A stretch of 62,904 nucleotides of DNA, counting the filler, from Octopus bimaculoides (lineage: Eukaryota): NCBI RefSeq assembly GCF_001194135.2. It is 7 parts of 7 records of this genome, joined end to end, with 100 filler letters (N's around TTAATTAATTAA, not from the genome) between each part and the next. Parts side by side here need not be neighbours in the genome. Positions count along the whole stretch, not along the records: positions 36,420 to 45,392 come from NC_068983.1; positions 45,493 to 56,699 come from NC_068993.1; 5 more parts are not named here. The stretch is one strand, 5' to 3'. Below the pieces are notes generated by a model, which worked only from the letters and a program-made list of their open reading frames with translations, was not told the DNA's origin and made no database searches. How positions within the stretch are numbered: position 1 is the first letter of the stretch; every line of letters starts with the position of its first letter. Below, piece by piece: positions 36,830-49,378 of this stretch. The translations under genes were made by a program, and so were the position numbers.

Positions 36830-37384
36830 GAGTGAGAGAGCAATGCATGCCATCAAAGTGATAATGGGGTAGAATATACGAAGTCCATTATACCCATCAT
36901 GACTACCCATCTGATAAGGGTACACCAGGCACATGCATCACAACCATATGTAAGCGACATAGTGATCTCATATCAAAATAAACAGCGCATGACCTCGCAG
37001 GTGGGGCCCAGTTAGAATTTTCTTCAGGTCGAGTAGCCCATCCCACTCAAAAGGTCCCTGAATAAGGTTTGTTTAAAGGTGTTGAGCAAAATACCCATGT
37101 TTCCAAAGGTGAATTATCCAAACCCCAAAGAATTCCTCTTAACACATGGCTATGCTGTTCCCCCACTACTTCTGCTCATGATCAGAGATGCACATATTGT
37201 CAGCCACCAAGGGACATACTCAACTGGTTAAGGTCAAACAACTGACAATCAAATCTGTGGTATTAAGCAGAATATTTGCTGTAGCTCATCTTTTATACCA
37301 AGACAAACACTGTACATGATAACACTTCCAATCAATTAAGATCAGAAAGCCATGAGAGCCACTGCCTAGTACTGCATCCGGGCA
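36830..37384 (-). mobile_element. Family-F element, apparently complete (~555 bp), with (TAA)n on both sides
   Basis: Homologous to 7982-8310; bounded by tta repeats at 36812-36829 and 37385-37403. Confidence 0.8.
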
Positions 37385-37402
37385 TTATTATTATTATTAT
37401 TA

Positions 37403-37490
37403 TTTGAGCTCAGAACGTTAAGACAGACTAAATGCTGCTAAGCATTTTTCCCCCGCCGTGTTAAACGATTCTGCTAAGTGGTCACCTTAG
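37403..37490 (-). mobile_element. Family-A SINE head, degenerate
   Basis: tttgagctcagaacgt...aagcattt...cgattctgctaagtggtcacctt. Confidence 0.65.
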
Positions 37491-38124
37491 GTACTTTAAG
37501 GAACGGCAACTCTTGCTCTCAAACTGCCTATCTAACATGGCTCCAATTCAACCACCAGAAATACTGCTAACGCACAAAAGCAAATCGGACAGAAAAATAC
37601 GAATTTTCTTTTGTGTGAAAACCATACTCATATTATTGACTCTGTAGTAGCAGGAAGAGGAGATGTACAATAGAATAACTGGGACAAAGGACCTGACCTA
37701 ATATTCCAACCGTCTAACAACATGCCATTGGTCATGTGTAGGCTTGACCTAAAGCTATTCAACTTCCTCTGCGTTACTGCTGTCATCAATGTTAAAATCA
37801 TTATAACTAACCATCATCTTACCATTATCAATGTCACCAGCTGTCATCACCACCGTCCCTGTCAACGTCTGTCTCTCCATGCCTCTTCTTCTCCCTCGTA
37901 CACACACACACACACACACACTCACACACACACACACAATCTCACCACCTCACCTAACAGTGTTGCTTCCAAAACACCAACATCATCCTCATCATCATCA
38001 ACAACAAATATATATAAGCAAGAAAAAAAGAAAAAGAAAACGAAAAGGAAAAGCTCAGATGACAACAAATCCTTAACAATGCAAAAGTAACAATAACACG
38101 TTGACTATAAAGTCTTCTTATCTG

Positions 38125-38205
38125 GTCTAGTAGTAGTAGTAGCAGTTATAGTAGTAGTAGTAGTAGTAGCAGTTATAGTAGTAGTAGTAGTAGTAGTAGC
38201 AGTTA

Positions 38206-38237
<32 letters not shown>

Positions 38238-39135
38238 GTAGTAGTAGTAGTAACTGGTTTTGTTGTTGTGCCAGCAGTAACAGCAGCCGTTGTTGCTGCA
38301 GTGGCAGCAGCAGCACCAGCAGTAGCAGTAGCCGTTGTTGCTGTTGCGGTTACTGCTGCTGTTGGTGATGGTGGTGGTGATGATGGTGGTAATGGCTGCA
38401 GTATATGGAAGTGGCAGAAAAGATCCTGATGTGATTGTAAACGATAGCCATGACTGAGCGCTATGCGCATGCGTGTGAGTGTATATAGAGTATGTGTAGA
38501 GTGTGTGTGTGTATGGAGTATATGTAAAGTGTGTGTGTATGGAGTATATGTAGAGTGTATGTGTATGTAGAGAGTGTGTGTGTGTGTATGTATATAGAGT
38601 GTATGTAGAGTGTGTGTGTGTATGTGCTCTGTGTGTATGTGCTGTGTATATAGAATATATGTAGAGTGTGCGTGTGTGATGTGTGTGAGTGTGTGTGCAT
38701 GTGTGTGTGCTGAGTATATGTAGAGTGTGCGTGTGTACGTGCGCGTGTGCGTATGTGTGTGTGTATGTGTGCTGTGTGAGTATATAGAATATAAGTAGTT
38801 TGTGTGGTTGTATAGAGTATGCATCGTGCGTGTGTGTTTGCGTGTGTGTGTGTGTGTGCTGTGTGTGTATGTGTGCTGTGTGAGTATGTAGAGTATATGT
38901 AGTATCTGTGTGTGTGTGTGTATAGAGTATATGCTGTGTGTGTGTGTGTGTGTGTAGAGTATATGTAGAGTGTGTGTGTGGGTGCATGTGTGCGTGTGTG
39001 TGTTGTGTGTGTGTGTATGTGCTGTGCGAGTATATAGAATATACGTAGTATCTGTGTGTGTATAGAGTATTTTGTGTGCGTGTGTGTGTGCATGTGTGTA
39101 TAAAGAGTATATGTTGCGTGTGTGTGTGTAGGGTA
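38125..39135. repeat. (AGT)n/GCA trinucleotide mosaic followed by a TG-rich degenerate minisatellite
   Basis: The tatagagtatatgtag motif recurs between (TG)n runs at 38470-39135. Confidence 0.85.
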
Positions 39136-39519
39136 GTGTTGTGCGCTACGTATGCACTGATTCCTGTCTCTTCTGCCCCTCTCATTCTAAAGACAGTGGG
39201 GCATGGCTGGAGAGAGAGAACGGAGGTGAGATTGTTGGTAGATGAAGTGTGTCTATTAATTGTGTTCCTGGAAGATAGTTTAAAGCTTCTCTGCTGCAGA
39301 GGTTAGAGTCAATAATGACGTTATTATTATCACCATACTGTCTGTTGAACCGTGGTAATATTAGTATTAATGGTGGCGATGGTAATGATAATATTGATGA
39401 TGGTGGTGGTGGTGGTGGTGGTGGTGGTGGTGATAACTGCAGTACTAACGATGATGGTGCTTAATGGGCGTTGTGCTGATGAGGATAACCTTGTTGTTTT
39501 TATTGTTGTTATTTGCTAA

Positions 39520-39690
39520 GGCGGTGATGAGCTGGCAGAAAGGTCAACACGCCGGACTAAATGCTTTGCGGCATTTCTTCCGGCTTTTTCACGTTCTGAG
39601 TTCAAATGCCGCCGACGTCGACTTTGACTGTCGTCCTCCCGAGGTTGGTGAAATAAACACCAATGGAACATGGAGGTCGAGATAACCGAC
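39520..39690 (+). mobile_element. Degenerate family-A SINE
   Basis: gagctggcagaaagg...acgttctgagttcaaatgccgccgacgtcgactttg. Confidence 0.75.
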
Positions 39691-39735
39691 TAGTCTTTCC
39701 TCCTAGACACGCACGCACACGGGTAGACGAGTACA

Positions 39736-39779
<44 letters not shown>

Positions 39780-39852
39780 TTCAGGCCTTGTGTCTATAGT
39801 AAGAAGATTATTATTGCTAATGCTGCTGCTGCTGTTGTTGTTGTTGTTGTTA

Positions 39853-39970
39853 GGCGGCGAGGTGACCGAAACCGTTAGTAATGCCGGGCGAATTACTTAG
39901 CGCCATTTCGTCCGGCATTACGATCTGAGTTCAAATTGCACCGATTTCGATTTTACCTTTCGTTCCTTTT
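39853..39970 (+). mobile_element. Degenerate family-A SINE head
   Basis: ggcggcgaggtgaccgaaaccgttag...tctgagttcaaattgc. Confidence 0.7.
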
Positions 39971-41029
39971 AAATCATTACCTCCCATAAAATTCTATTAA
40001 CTGGAATATTTTTTTATGAATCTTTGATTTCTAGTATAAAACAGTCTTAGAAACACGCTGGAATGATCAAAATAACACTTCAAAATAACATTTTAAATTA
40101 GCAAACTTCATTTGAATATCAGAGAAATATACTTAGTAGATATAGCAAAACGGTTAGATATGTGTAAATATTGACAGATAATTACGAAATTTGTAATTTT
40201 AAGTGATCACATATTAGATCACTGGTAGGTAATGGGTTAAGAGAGTATGATATGGTTTGAAAAAAGATTTGGTTTGCTATATCTAGCAGTTTGAATGACC
40301 ACATGAAGAGCCCTTTCAGATGATGATGTTTGCGGTAATAGTGGTGAAGAAAGTAGCGTCACTGCCGTTGCCACTGCGCTGCCGCCGCCGCAGCAGCAGC
40401 CGTTGCTACTATTGTTGTACACCGCAGATTAGTCATGATCGGGCTGACACTGCAGGGCACCATTTCCCAATCAGGTCTCCACGAACTGTAAAGTTCCACA
40501 AGATGTTGCCAGGAGTTCCGTGAGAAATTGTGATAAATTGACTAATTATATTCAAATGCGTTTTTAGTCAATTTGGTGCTTAATTCTATATTCCTTAAGG
40601 CATATTGCCCTAAGCTAGAGAAATCCTGGCACCGGTAAGCCGTAAGATGTCACACTACCACCACCAGTTCCACCTCGAGAAAGATGACCACTTAATAGAG
40701 AAATATAAGGGATATTAGTTTCCAACAATGTTTTGGTTTAGAGGATATGTTTTAAATCCCTTCAATAACATTTGATGGATTGAGTATAGCCAGACCTGTC
40801 AAAGCTAGTTTTACTTAAGAGATTTGTTTAAACTCTTATAAAATTTAATAAAGGTGAAAGAAAAGAGATTAATAAAGACATATTTTGTGTGAACAAATAG
40901 ATGTGCGGCTACTGGTGTAGGAGTTAGTTTTAGCAATGTGGTCAGTCTCAGTGTAGTGGTTAGTCTACCAGTATAGCCGGTTAGTCTACCGCTATTAGTA
41001 GTATTACTTGTTACAATATACAGAACATA

Positions 41030-41200
41030 GGTGCAGGAGTGGCTGTGTGGTAAGTAGCTTGCTTAGCAACCACATTGTTCCGGGTTCATTCCCACTGCGT
41101 GGCATCTTGGGCAAGTGTCTTCTACTATAGCCTCGGGCCAACCAAAGCCTTGTGAGTGGATATGGTAGACGGAAACTGAAAGAAGCCCGTTGTATATATG

Positions 41201-41253
<53 letters not shown>

Positions 41254-41438
41254 AACATTGCTTGACAGCTGATGATCGTGTGTTTATGCCCCCATCACAT
41301 AACGGTTCGGCAAGAGAGACCGATAGAATAAGTACTAGGATTACAAAGAATAAGTCAAGGGGTCGATATGCACGACTAAAGACGGTGCTCCAGCATGGCC
41401 GCAGTCAGATGACTGAAACAAGCAAAAGAGTAAAGAGT
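41030..41438 (+). mobile_element. Family-B SINE, full length
   Basis: Head, internal TA/TG repeat and tail ending (aaagagta)n. Confidence 0.9.
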
Positions 41439-42169
41439 AACATAAGAGGGTGGACTGAATGGGCTGAATGGGCTGAAATGTTCATAGGCACTGGGTAGAT
41501 GTGCTGTTTTTATACCTTTCACCATAAGAGAGAATNNNNNNNNNNNNNNNNNNNNNNNNNNNNNNNNNNNNNNNNNNNNNNNNNNNNNNNNNNNNNNNNN
41601 NNNNNNNNNNNNNNNNNNNNNNNNNNNNNNNNNNNNNNNNNNNNNNNNNNNNNNNNNNNNNNNNNNNNNNNNNNNNNNNNNNNNNNNNNNNNNNNNNNNN
41701 NNNNNNNNNNNNNNNNNNNNNNNNNNNNNNNNNNNNNNNNNNNNNNNNNNNNNNNNNNNNNNNNNNNNNNNNNNNNNNNNNNNNNNNNNNNNNNNNNNNN
41801 NNNNNNNNNNNNNNNNNNNNNNNNNNNNNNNNNNNNNNNNNNNNNNNNNNNNNNNNNNNNNNNNNNNNNNNNNNNNNNNNNNNNNNNNNNNNNNNNNNNN
41901 NNNNNNNNNNNNNNNNNNNNNNNNNNNNNNNNNNNNNNNNNNNNTAGTAAAGATAGTGATTGTAGGGTAGATGCTACGGAAACAGAGACAGGAGTCAGGA
42001 GGGCGATGCTAGCAGTTGTGATGGGCATGGTTGGTACTGATGGTGGTGTCGGTTACTGTGAAATCTGATCGCAGCTGGCGATTGCCCACTGTTATGTTAA
42101 TAATGTTTGCAGAGCAGGGGTTGGTTGCCGAGAGGCTGCTTGTAGTTTTAGTGGCAATGGTAGAGATGC

Positions 42170-42880
42170 ACAGAAAGGTGGTGGTGGTGAGAGTAGAGGA
42201 AGCAGTGGTAGTGGCAGTGGTAGCGTAAATGGGGGTCTAAATAGGGATGTGTGTGGTGGTGCTTGCAGGGATGATGATGATGATGATGATGATGATTCAG
42301 AGTAGGAGGAGGAGGACTGTGGGGGCCGGCGATGAAGATGCTGGTACTGATCAAGATAACAGTGGTCGTGGTCGTCGTGGTGATCGAGGGAGCGGTGGTG
42401 GTGGTGGTAGTGGTGGTAGAAGGGGAGGGGGTCTAGAAGTGGTGGCGGTGATGATGATGATGATGATGATGAGGGTTGTCTCCGTGGTGATGCTGCTGGT
42501 AGTGGTGAGGTGTTGAGGTTGGAGCTAGTCGTCATGATCGCAGTAGTGGTGACGACGGTGGCGGCGGCGGCGGCAGCGGTGGTAGTTGTAGATGACAATG
42601 ATGATGACGATAATGATGATGCTGATGACGGTAATGACGATGATGATGATGAGGCTGATGATGAAGTTGATGATGATGAGAATAATGACGATGATGATGG
42701 CAATGATGATGATGATGACGACGACGACGACGACGACGATGATGATGATGATTCTGACGACGTCGACGATGGTGGTAGTGGTGGTGGTGATTATGATAAT
42801 GATGATGATGTTTACGACGGTAAGAATGATGTCAACTGGCACGAAGAAAGGGGTTGTGCTGATTCCAAAGATAATGAGAG
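42170..42880. repeat. Mosaic of GAT/GAC/GGT/GCG trinucleotide repeats
   Basis: Low complexity; the poly-D, -M and -S ORFs in several frames are artefacts. Confidence 0.85.
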
Positions 42881-43213
42881 TAATAATGAAAATACAAGAA
42901 TAATATAATATAATATAATATAATATAATATAATATAATAAACATAAAATTAAAAAACCGAATTACATTTCAAGAAATATATGATGAAAAAAAAATTATT
43001 AATAACAAAAATAACTGGAAAAAAAAAACTATCAAACTACAATGATGACAACAATACACAACAATAACGACAACAATAGCATAAAAGATAGACGAGGCGA
43101 AGTTCAGTACAGCTGTCGGGTTGCGTTGTTATGATGGGAACAGCAAGCTGTGAGTTGTGTGCCCAGGGCTTTACAAACATAGTTACATGACACGTCACCT
43201 CTTCTTGGCATAC

Positions 43214-43291
43214 CTTATCTTGAAGCAAAGATGGCCGATGGCGGTCGACCCGCCCAAACCATCCACCACGAATGCAGTGTGCTGTCTTGGA
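43214..43291 (-). CDS. Candidate 78-nt symmetric coding exon of an unidentified host gene
   Basis: Acceptor ...tttctgttttctgc...aatgcag| and donor AAG|gtatgc; the phase-2 frame reads PRQHTAFVVDGLGGSTAIGHLCFKI; no homolog recognised. Confidence 0.3.
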
Positions 43292-43504
43292 CTGCATTCT
43301 TCTTCGGATGATAAGCAGAAAACAGAAATAGATAGATAGATAGATAGATAGATCGATAGATAGATAGATAAATAGATAGATAAGTAAAGGAGAGACAGTT
43401 AGGTATGCAAACACATATATACACAGACACAAACACACACACTCACACAGAAACACACATACAGACATGTATGCTTGTGTTATGTATATATCTACATGTG
43501 TGTG

Positions 43505-43642
<138 letters not shown>

Positions 43643-43777
43643 GGTAGGTATAGAGATAGTAAACTAAATAGACAGACAGACAAGCTTATAGATAGATAGA
43701 TAGATAGATAGAAAAAATCAAATTTCCTACCCAACCCGTAGGAACATAAGTCCGGTTTCCCTGATTCTGTCGCTTAC

Positions 43778-43846
43778 ATAGTGGGACTGAACCCAGAACC
43801 ATATAGCTTGGAAGCAAGCCTCTTACCACACAGCCACGCCTGCACC
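43778..43846 (-). mobile_element. Family-B SINE head fragment
   Basis: gtgggactgaacccagaacc...cttaccacacagccacgcctgcacc. Confidence 0.8.
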
Positions 43847-44032
43847 TATTATGATGATATTAAAAAAAACGAACGGATTTATCTGACAATCAAATACATT
43901 ATTACATATATAACATTCTGGGAGTTACATTGTACAAATCGGAAAGTCAATACATAGAAGAACAGAACAAATTTTCACTGCCAACAAAACTGATAAGAAA
44001 ACATCGGGGAGAAATTCTGTCAAATGAACATA

Positions 44033-44859
44033 CGAAGGGTTACGCGAATAAACCGGAATTTTGTAATGTTATTTTATTCACATAGTTTTAAATGTTTACA
44101 CATTTTATCGCCTTCAAATTATTCTTCATTTGAAGCAATGCATTGGTCCAGGCGCATTTTCCACTATTCGAAGCAGTGCTGGAACTTTTGCGAAATGATG
44201 CCTTTTAGCGCCTCCATTTTTGTTTTTCTTCACCTCTTCCATTTGTACAAATTCCATAGCAGCAGCTTCCGTCACTAGTGATGACCTCCGAAAAAAGATT
44301 TATGTGAACTCTCCAACTGTTCTTTCAGTTCACGACACGCATTCGGCTGTGACTGCTTTTCATCTTCCGTGAGGCACAAATTTTGTTGCCACTCTCTTCA
44401 TTCGCAATTCCTTGATCAAAATACGTTGGCAGGAACTCTAGGACACACTAGCCATATCAACAAGTTCGTCAATTGTTCGGTGACGGTCCTCCAAAATCAG
44501 TTCCTGAATGAGGTTAGTCTTCAAGCGACAAGTGACAATTCATAAACTTGCGTTTTGCTCATAGCAGCGTCCTTGTGAGTCGTTTGAAGCATGGTTACTG
44601 TTTCGTTTTCCCCAGTAAAAAAAAAGAATTTCAGGGAAGCATGCTGTTCCTTCGTTTCAGCCCCGACAAAAATCGACGAACAGGGGAGAATCATTTCAAA
44701 ACAAAGACGCACCACTTGTCAGTACGACCACCCAGGACAACGCTAGTCGGCAGACTGGTGCCTGAATGTCGCATAAAGTGGTTTCTAGCGGTGGAAGCTT
44801 GACCTACAACGGGTTTGTCCCACAGAGAATGTTTCCGCTTACTTTCGAATACCCCTTCG
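44033..44859 (-). mobile_element. Internally deleted mariner element with both TIRs and TA TSDs
   Basis: TA|cgaagggttacgcgaataaaccggaa ... ttccgcttactttcgaataccccttcg|TA; remnants ETKEQHASLKF..ETVTMLQ..AMSKTQVYE, VITSDGS and FQHCFE*WK.RLDQCIASN..FEGD. Confidence 0.85.
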
Positions 44860-45351
44860 TATAAAAGATATGTTCAAAAATAAACCTACATAAGTTTAAA
44901 GTATTCTTACTCCGATTCAACTACGGAGCGATAACAACTTAAAAATAAAAACAATTCATTAAGAAATATAAGCTATACTTAAAGATTAATTATTAATCAT
45001 TTCTTTAATATTCATGTATAACGTTCCTTTTTATGAGAAACATTAATAACGTTCCTGCTTAACTTCACGTCTCCCGCTATGAAGAAAACTTCAAACTCCC
45101 ACCGTTATTGCTAATTCGCCATGAATATATCTCAGTAAGTGTTGAAATGCTGTATGATGAATTAATGTGGTAAAATATGTGTCTAGTTTCGCAGTATATC
45201 TTGCTGCTTGTTAATCATTATTTTCTTATTTGATTTAACTTATACGGAGCTATTCAACTATTTATAACTTCTACACACACACACACACAAACAGGTACAT
45301 ACACACATAGACACACCCATATGCGTGCATATGTAGGTGTGTGTGTGTACA

Positions 45352-45392
<41 letters not shown>

Positions 45393-46242
45393 NNNNNNNN
45401 NNNNNNNNNNNNNNNNNNNNNNNNNNNNNNNNNNNNTTAATTAATTAANNNNNNNNNNNNNNNNNNNNNNNNNNNNNNNNNNNNNNNNNNNNATATATAC
45501 ATATATGTATGTATATATGTATATATATAATATGTATATATGTATATATGTATATATGTATATATGTATATATGTTTATATGTATGAATAAACATACGTA
45601 TATAACTACTCACCTGCCTTCACATACATAGATACATGTATTACAATCATACATACACTGATACCTACATGCATACATACATACATACATACATACATAC
45701 ATACATACACACATAACACACAAACGAACCTACACACACTTACACTTGCACACACAACGCACCTTCATAAACTAATCTGTATATAAGTAACCAGTAATTT
45801 TGAAAAAAGCCAAAGAACAAAATAATAAAAAAAATCCTTACGCCATTAATTAGCTTTCATTTAGCTGTTTCCTTTATGTCACTTATGATCAGTTTTACCT
45901 CTGTGTTTATTTTTTCTCCTTTCCCTCACACCTCTCCCCGCTCCTAGTCATCAATCCCCCCCTCCCACCACTTTATACTTGCTTTGTAATAATGAACGAT
46001 ACTTGTTACAGAACTATACTTCTTTGAGCGCTATCTAATATCTAATAATTCTCTTTCGAATATCAGAGACATACAATACTCGATACATACATACATACAC
46101 ACACACACACATACACATATATATATATACACACATATATATATATATATATATATACATGTATATGTTGTGTATATATATTATATATATCAATACATGT
46201 ATATATACGTACATACACACACACACATATATATATATATAC

Positions 46243-46293
<51 letters not shown>

Positions 46294-46374
46294 TATAGAT
46301 ATGCATATATAGTCACACTAACACGAACACACACGTATATATACATAGATATATGTAAGTGTTTTGTAAGTCTC

Positions 46375-46408
<34 letters not shown>

Positions 46409-46837
46409 CTTACTTTCCTTTCTCTCTCCATAGGTGTAAACCAATAGCGTGTATTTGAAGTCAAATCATCATCTATCCCTAATGATGAAGCTGTATTATT
46501 CTCTCTTATTGATTGATCCTTTGCTGTTATTCCTGGATCCTTCTGATGCACAGTCTCCTGACTTCAAAAACAAGACACCACGACCACCACCACCACCACC
46601 AACACCAACACCAACAAGAACAACAACAATAACAGCACGAAATGGAAGGCAAGTAAAGAATGAAACAATATATTACATCTTCTTGTCATTGTTGCTGTTG
46701 TCTTCATAGGTAATCTCTATATTTATTTTATTATTTTATGTATTTTTCTTTCACAATATATCTTTTTTCTTTTTGCTTTTATATCGATATATGTGTAGAC
46801 TCTTCACTGTTGTTTTTCTATTTTTTAGTTTTGTACT

Positions 46838-46864
46838 GAGTAGTAGCAGTAGTAGTAGTAGCAA

Positions 46865-46933
<69 letters not shown>

Positions 46934-46952
46934 CAGTAGTAGTAGTAGTAGC

Positions 46953-47008
<56 letters not shown>

Positions 47009-47030
47009 CAATAGTAGTAGTAGTAGTAGT
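46838..47030. repeat. (AGT)n microsatellite
   Basis: Directly visible. Confidence 0.95.
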
Positions 47031-47518
47031 ATCGATCTCCATTTCAAACTCTGGTGAGACCGAAGCATGATGGATCCCAGCTGTGGCCATAATGTTTCTC
47101 GGAGTTACTTTGGCCTATGTTCTCCAATGAACAGTTCAGCTTTATAAACTAAAATGACAAAATCATGTTATTTAATGATTTGAGGGAGCCTATGAGAGTT
47201 ATTTCTTGCAAGTCAAGCTACAACGATTAGTCTACTTGGCTCATCCTTGGATTATTTTTTCTCGGTTATTATGGTGATGATAGAGGTGGGAGTGATTTAT
47301 GATGTATTAAAATTCCCTCTCGTAGACAAAGTTGTCACTGGCCTTTAAAAACAGTAGAATGCTATTTGATGGAGAGTTGACTGCTATTTCTAGGAGGTCG
47401 AGCTACAACAATGCTCCACCTCACCTTTTGGTTCATAGTAAAGATGTTACTGATAATTCACGAGTTATTAATCAATCCCAAAAGGAGCTCAAAATATAAT
47501 ATGTACATAATATGTATA

Positions 47519-47875
47519 GGCGTAGGCGTGGCTGGGAGATAAAAGGCTTGCTTCCTAACAACGTGGTTACGGGTTCCGCCCCACTGTGTGGCATCTTAGT
47601 TAAGTGTCTTCTACTACAGCCTCAGACCGACCAAAGCCTTGTGAGTGGATTTGGTAGATGGCCATTGAAAGAAGCCCGGAGTGTGTGTGCCTGTGTGTGC
47701 ATGTATTTCTGCGTGTTTGTGTTTTTGTGTCTGTGTCTGCACCCTCACCCCACATCATCGCTTGTCAACTGGTGTTGATGTGTTTATGTCTCCGTAACCT
47801 GGCGGTTCGGCAAAGAAACCAATAGAATAAGTCCTAGACTTACAAAGAATTAGTCCCGGGCTTGGTTTCTTCGAC

Positions 47876-47908
<33 letters not shown>

Positions 47909-47962
47909 AAAGGCAGTGCTCCAACATGGCTGCAGTTAAATATGACTGAAACAAATAAAACA
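47519..47962 (+). mobile_element. Family-B SINE, full length, with an internal poly-A expansion
   Basis: Head ggcgtaggcgtggctgg, standard body, A-run at 47877-47906, tail gcagtgctccaacatggctgcag. Confidence 0.85.
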
Positions 47963-49289
47963 ATAAACAAATATTCAACTTTATGTTACGAAACATTTCG
48001 ACTTGGTTAAAATTCTACATCGGTCGTCGCTTCTACTTTCTTACATAGAAAATTGGTTCAATATTTTTATATGCTCTGCATCTGTTTAGTCAACCGTATC
48101 GACAATGCATTCCGTTTCGGGCTAATTTGGAATATATTATCTGATATGTCTTAACATCCAGATACGTATAGAAATTTTGATTTCATTATAACAACTGCAA
48201 ACACTTTATCCACAGGTACGCCGACACCGACGGAGACTCATTCTGTTCACCTTATAACGTGGAGATTGATAAATTCAAGCTGACTTGCCTTAGATATATT
48301 ACATAGTGTCGAGAATGCAGTGATGTAACTGATACATGAGTGTTTAGGTGACATGATACTGCAGTATTACACAAGCAGTGATATTTGAGTGACGCTGAGT
48401 AGATGTAAGAAGAAAAAGTGGAAGAATAAAAGAAGTTAAGATGTAAATAAGCTTGAAGGATGTCGATAAGAGAAGCCTTAGCAATCAGCTGGAATTGAAA
48501 TGAGAGATTATGTCTATGATACATATGTAAATTCTTGAGATGAATAATGGCCAAGAGTTTAACATTCATGGACAATTAAATCTCTTTATTCGCGTTTCAA
48601 TACCTTTCACTGTGTTTTAGGCTGCGTAAACTCTGGACTTTATAATACGAGGTTAATAGCGCGGAATGTCAAACTTTACGCCTTATTGATATCTCTAATC
48701 TTTAGTAAAATATATCTGAATGACACCGAACAAAGTTCGTAGATATCGAAACTGCAGAATGAAAACTCCTTTGCTTCCATTCTTTTTCTTCTTCTTCTTC
48801 TCCCGTTAAGAGCCAAATGGAATAAAAATGTCAAGATTTTGACTTGTTAATTCCTCAATTAGATGACAGGTGGTGTTTCTGCTTTCTCATGCATCTTAAA
48901 GAATTGTCTTTTGCATTCTATGTTTGATGCGATGAAGCAAGAAGAAACTCGTAAAGTAAAACTTCGTATACGAAAAGGTGATAATAGGAAGTGGAGATGA
49001 TGGCGTTGAATATAAACAGCAAAATAAACCTTTATAGTCAGGCAGTCTTTAAGAAATAATTTTACAGAGAAGCACGAGATATTTGGTCGACAAACTCTAA
49101 CAGTTCTTAATTATAGTTCGAAATGAGGAAAGATTCGTACGTCGTGGGAAGGCGTGAGCACTTAGATTTCGAGTGAAATTCCTTCGTTGGAGGTTAAATA
49201 ATGCTTTTAAAATTGCGCTAAGAACATAGGTTTGAAAAGTGTGATGGGTAGGAAAGAGATAAGATGGGAGATTGAGAGAAAGGAAGAGA

Positions 49290-49290
49290 G

Positions 49291-49377
<87 letters not shown>

Positions 49378-49378
49378 T
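49290..49378. repeat. (AG)n microsatellite
   Basis: Directly visible. Confidence 0.95.

Noticed and set aside
38229-39185. 318-aa His/Thr/Tyr-rich ORF (and overlapping 239- and 210-aa ORFs)
   Set aside because: CA-rich repeats lack stop codons, and ORFs appear in all three minus frames.
42092-42908. Poly-Asp, poly-Met and poly-Ser ORFs
   Set aside because: Trinucleotide mosaic open in many frames, with no splice or domain support.
46449-46709. Plus-strand ORF with a signal-peptide-like start (MKLYYSLLLIDPLLLFL...) and a Pro/Thr run
   Set aside because: The hydrophobic stretch is broken by Asp/Pro, the remainder is trinucleotide repeat, and there is no supporting context.
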